NCBI RefSeq assembly: GCF_006345805.1
Contig: NC_042998.1
Coordinates: forward strand, 97,650,001 to 97,714,000
Length of the DNA: 64,000 nucleotides
Origin: Octopus sinensis
Taxonomy: Eukaryota
Reading direction: 5' to 3'
The notes under the pieces were generated by a model that was given only the letters and a program-made list of their open reading frames with translations, was not told the origin of the DNA and searched no databases. Shown one piece after another: positions 61,159 through 64,000 of the stretch (positions within the stretch are counted from its first letter, which is position 1; each line of letters opens with the position of its first letter). Position numbers and translations under genes: made by a program.

Positions 61159-61328
61159 CTAGAAGTGTAATTAGAGTGTCAGGTAAAATGCTTTTGTCTT
61201 ACAGTATTCATTTTGACTCTTTGTGTTCTTAGCACTCAAATTTGCTTTTCAGCCCTTGGGATCAATAAAGTACCTGTGAACAATTTGTTTTTTCTCCTCT
61301 CCCCCAATCTTTGTTTCTTTCTTTTGCA

Positions 61329-61372
<44 letters not shown>

Positions 61373-62259
61373 ATTGGCTTTAGATAGACTTAGCAGCTCT
61401 GCCTCGTTAAAATGCTCATCATACTGAATATTATAAACAGTGCTATCTTAAAACATGTTATGATTGCTACAACACCAAGACCCAGGAAGCCCATAGGGCC
61501 ACAAATATTACTTAATGATATATCAATAAATAGGTGTTAGTATCCACTTCTTCAGCACAGCTTTCAAACTCAGGGATATTACAGGTTATAAAGTATTGTA
61601 TTTGATGGCATACAGCATGTACCTTTTTTTTGAAAGATTAGTCTTAAAAATCATCCCAGGTCCAATATGCAAAATTGGGGCCATATAACATGCTTTAATG
61701 CAGCAAAACTTTTTTCTCCTTGAAAATGCACAGCTGAAATTGAGGCTTGTCAAATATGCTTGTTTGTATGTTATGCTATCAAATACAGTAATAAGTATTT
61801 CATTTCCCAACCCGTGCTAGCACAGAAAACAGATGTTAAACGATGATGATGATGATGATGTAACCTTGCTTTCATTTCTTTTTCTTTTAAGTATTATGAT
61901 TCAATTTCAATGAAACAGAATACTATACACTCTGTTTGTGAAACAATGTGTCATGTGCAAGTTTCAAATAATACATGTGCAGGCTACAGGCACAGGTATG
62001 GCTGCGTGTTAAGAAGTTGGCTTCTCAACCACATGATCCTGGGGTCAGTCCTATTGCCTGGCAATGGCTTGTGTGTGGATTTGGTAGAGGGAAACTGAAA
62101 ATCACAATGTATGTATGTACACACAGATATATGAATGAATGCATGCATCTATAAGTGTCTATATGTTTGTGTGCATGTGTGATTTTATTGTCTTGTCTTG
62201 ACATCACATAAAAGTTGTAAATGATTATTACTGTCATAAAGTATTGTTTCTAGAATAAG

Positions 62260-63862
62260 AATTGGGTGGAGGAAGTTCAGAGAGCTATTACCTCTGTTGG
62301 CAACAAAAGGACTCTCTCTCAGAGAGAAAGGTAAACTGTATGATGCTTGCATGTGAATGGCTGTACTCCATGGTAGTGAGACATGGGCTCAGAATGCAGA
62401 AGACATGAGTAGACTGGAGAGAAATGGAGGCAGTATGCTCCATTGTATGCACAAAAGCAGCACACACGTATGACAAAGTGCAAATGTATTGAGAGAAAAG
62501 TTGGACATAAGAGGAATTAAATGCAGCATGAAAGAGAGAAGACTACATTGGTTTGGCCATGTGATGCATATGTATGAGGACAGTTGCATAAAGAAGTGCC
62601 TGTCACTGAAAGTGGATGGTACCTGCAAAAGAGGGAAACCTAGGAAGATGTGAGATGAAATGGTAAGGTTGATCTCATGAAGTTGGGCCTCACAGAGGAA
62701 GTGACAATGGACCAAGATGTCAGGTTATATGAGGCTCTTGAGAAAACCTGCCCATGTCAGCAAAACTGAGTTCTAGAAATGCTGTGTGTCCCACCCACAC
62801 TTAACAAGAAAACTTCTCACACACCCTATCACAACAAACCAAACTATATCTCTACATCTCTTCTCTTCCTCACATTTCCACTTCATGCACTAGGCTCACC
62901 TCCCATTTCCCAATCCTGTCCTCTTGGCTCTGTCTCACTATATCATATCATTGCTATCTGCTAGCCCCTGACCTGTGTGTTCCACCCACATGTAACAAGA
63001 AATCTGTTCACACACCCTACCCCAACAAACCAATCTACATCTTTACATCTCTTCTCTTCCTCACATTTCCCCCTTCATACACTATGCCTACCTCTCACTG
63101 CCCAATCCTGTCCTCACAGCCTTGTTTCTCTGTATCATTGCTCTCCAGCAGCCCCCACTCCTGCCACTCTATATATACCCAGGTTTTCACCACTCACTTT
63201 TCCACTCTTCTGCACTCTCTAATTCCACTCCTTTCACAATATCCTGCCACTTATGTTTTGACCTTCAAACCACAAGGGCATGCTCTGGCACTTGCCACCA
63301 TCTATATCTCTTTCTTGCTTTACTCAATCATCCCATTTATACTCTGATCCCCATCCATTGTATGTCCGGCACTTTGCCACTATCTCTATCCTGCTGTCTC
63401 CTACTCTCTCTCTCCTTCTTCTGCACTTCCCTCAGGTTAGGTAACCATGTACCTCCTTGCAGCAGCACCCCTCTTTCTGTCTTCATTCCTGATCTTTTTC
63501 TCTCTCTCTCTGGCTGGCTAACTTTGTACCTCTTCTATGCCTGTTTCTGTCTCTCTGTCTTACTATAACCTTTCATCATCTGACACAAGATCACCTCCTC
63601 CAATGCTCCATCTCCTCACAAATGATTTTTGCTTTGCAAGTTACTTGGTGACCCTATCAGTTCAAGTGCCACTTAAAAAGCATCCAGTTCACACTGTAAA
63701 GTAGTTGGTGTTAGGAAGGGCATCCTGCTGTAAAAATCCTGCTAAAACAGTTACAGAAGTCTGTTGCAGGCATCTGCCTGGACAGCTCCTGGCAAACTGT
63801 CCCACCTATGCCAGTATGGAAGGCAGACGTTAAACGATGATGATGATGATGATGATGATGAT
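62260..63862 (+). mobile_element. 5'-truncated RTE LINE: ORF2 C-terminus, ~1.1-kb 3'UTR, (GAT)n tail
   Basis: KFRELLPLLATKGLSLR.KGKLYDAC..AVLHGSETWA...LHWFGHVMHM.EDSCIKKCLSLKVDGTCKRGKPRK; ends gacgttaaac(gat)n. Confidence 0.92.
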
Positions 63863-64000
63863 ACAAGCAGTATCATTCATTTCCAATATACTGCAAGAAC
63901 TTGCCTGGCTGCAAGGAAATACTACATCGCTTGGAACTAGGTGAGGGTTTGTGACAGGAAGAGCATCCAGCCATTGAAAAATCTGCCTCAATAAATTCTA

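Overview
Eukaryotic, AT-rich, repeat-dense genomic DNA. The SINE and RTE repeat families look like those of Octopus (coleoid cephalopod); this is recognition, not a database result. One protein-coding gene can be reconstructed by hand: a minus-strand BTB-BACK-6xKelch gene resembling IVNS1ABP/NS1-BP. It has 12 coding exons from 26731 to 7929 (2184 nt, 727 aa plus stop); every intron is GT-AG and phase-consistent. Its probable promoter and 5'UTR exons lie near 32 kb, at the edge of an ~8 kb CpG-retaining, repeat-poor domain. The rest is a transposon mosaic: tRNA-head SINEs, CR1-group and RTE LINE remnants, piggyBac and Tc1 MITEs, a Helitron with a helicase C-terminal remnant, a Merlin-like transposase remnant, a Penelope-like remnant with a decayed hammerhead-like motif, a 5S rRNA pseudogene and many microsatellites. 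Top leads: (1) a CR1-group LINE and the main SINE share a 3' end with a covarying stem-loop, suggesting a partner-LINE system with swappable tails; (2) a candidate 12-nt frame-preserving microexon in the BACK domain; (3) a 5S copy directly upstream of a SINE; (4) the hammerhead-like motif. There is no CRISPR array and no intact transposase or reverse-transcriptase ORF. All coordinates were read by eye; repeat boundaries are approximate.
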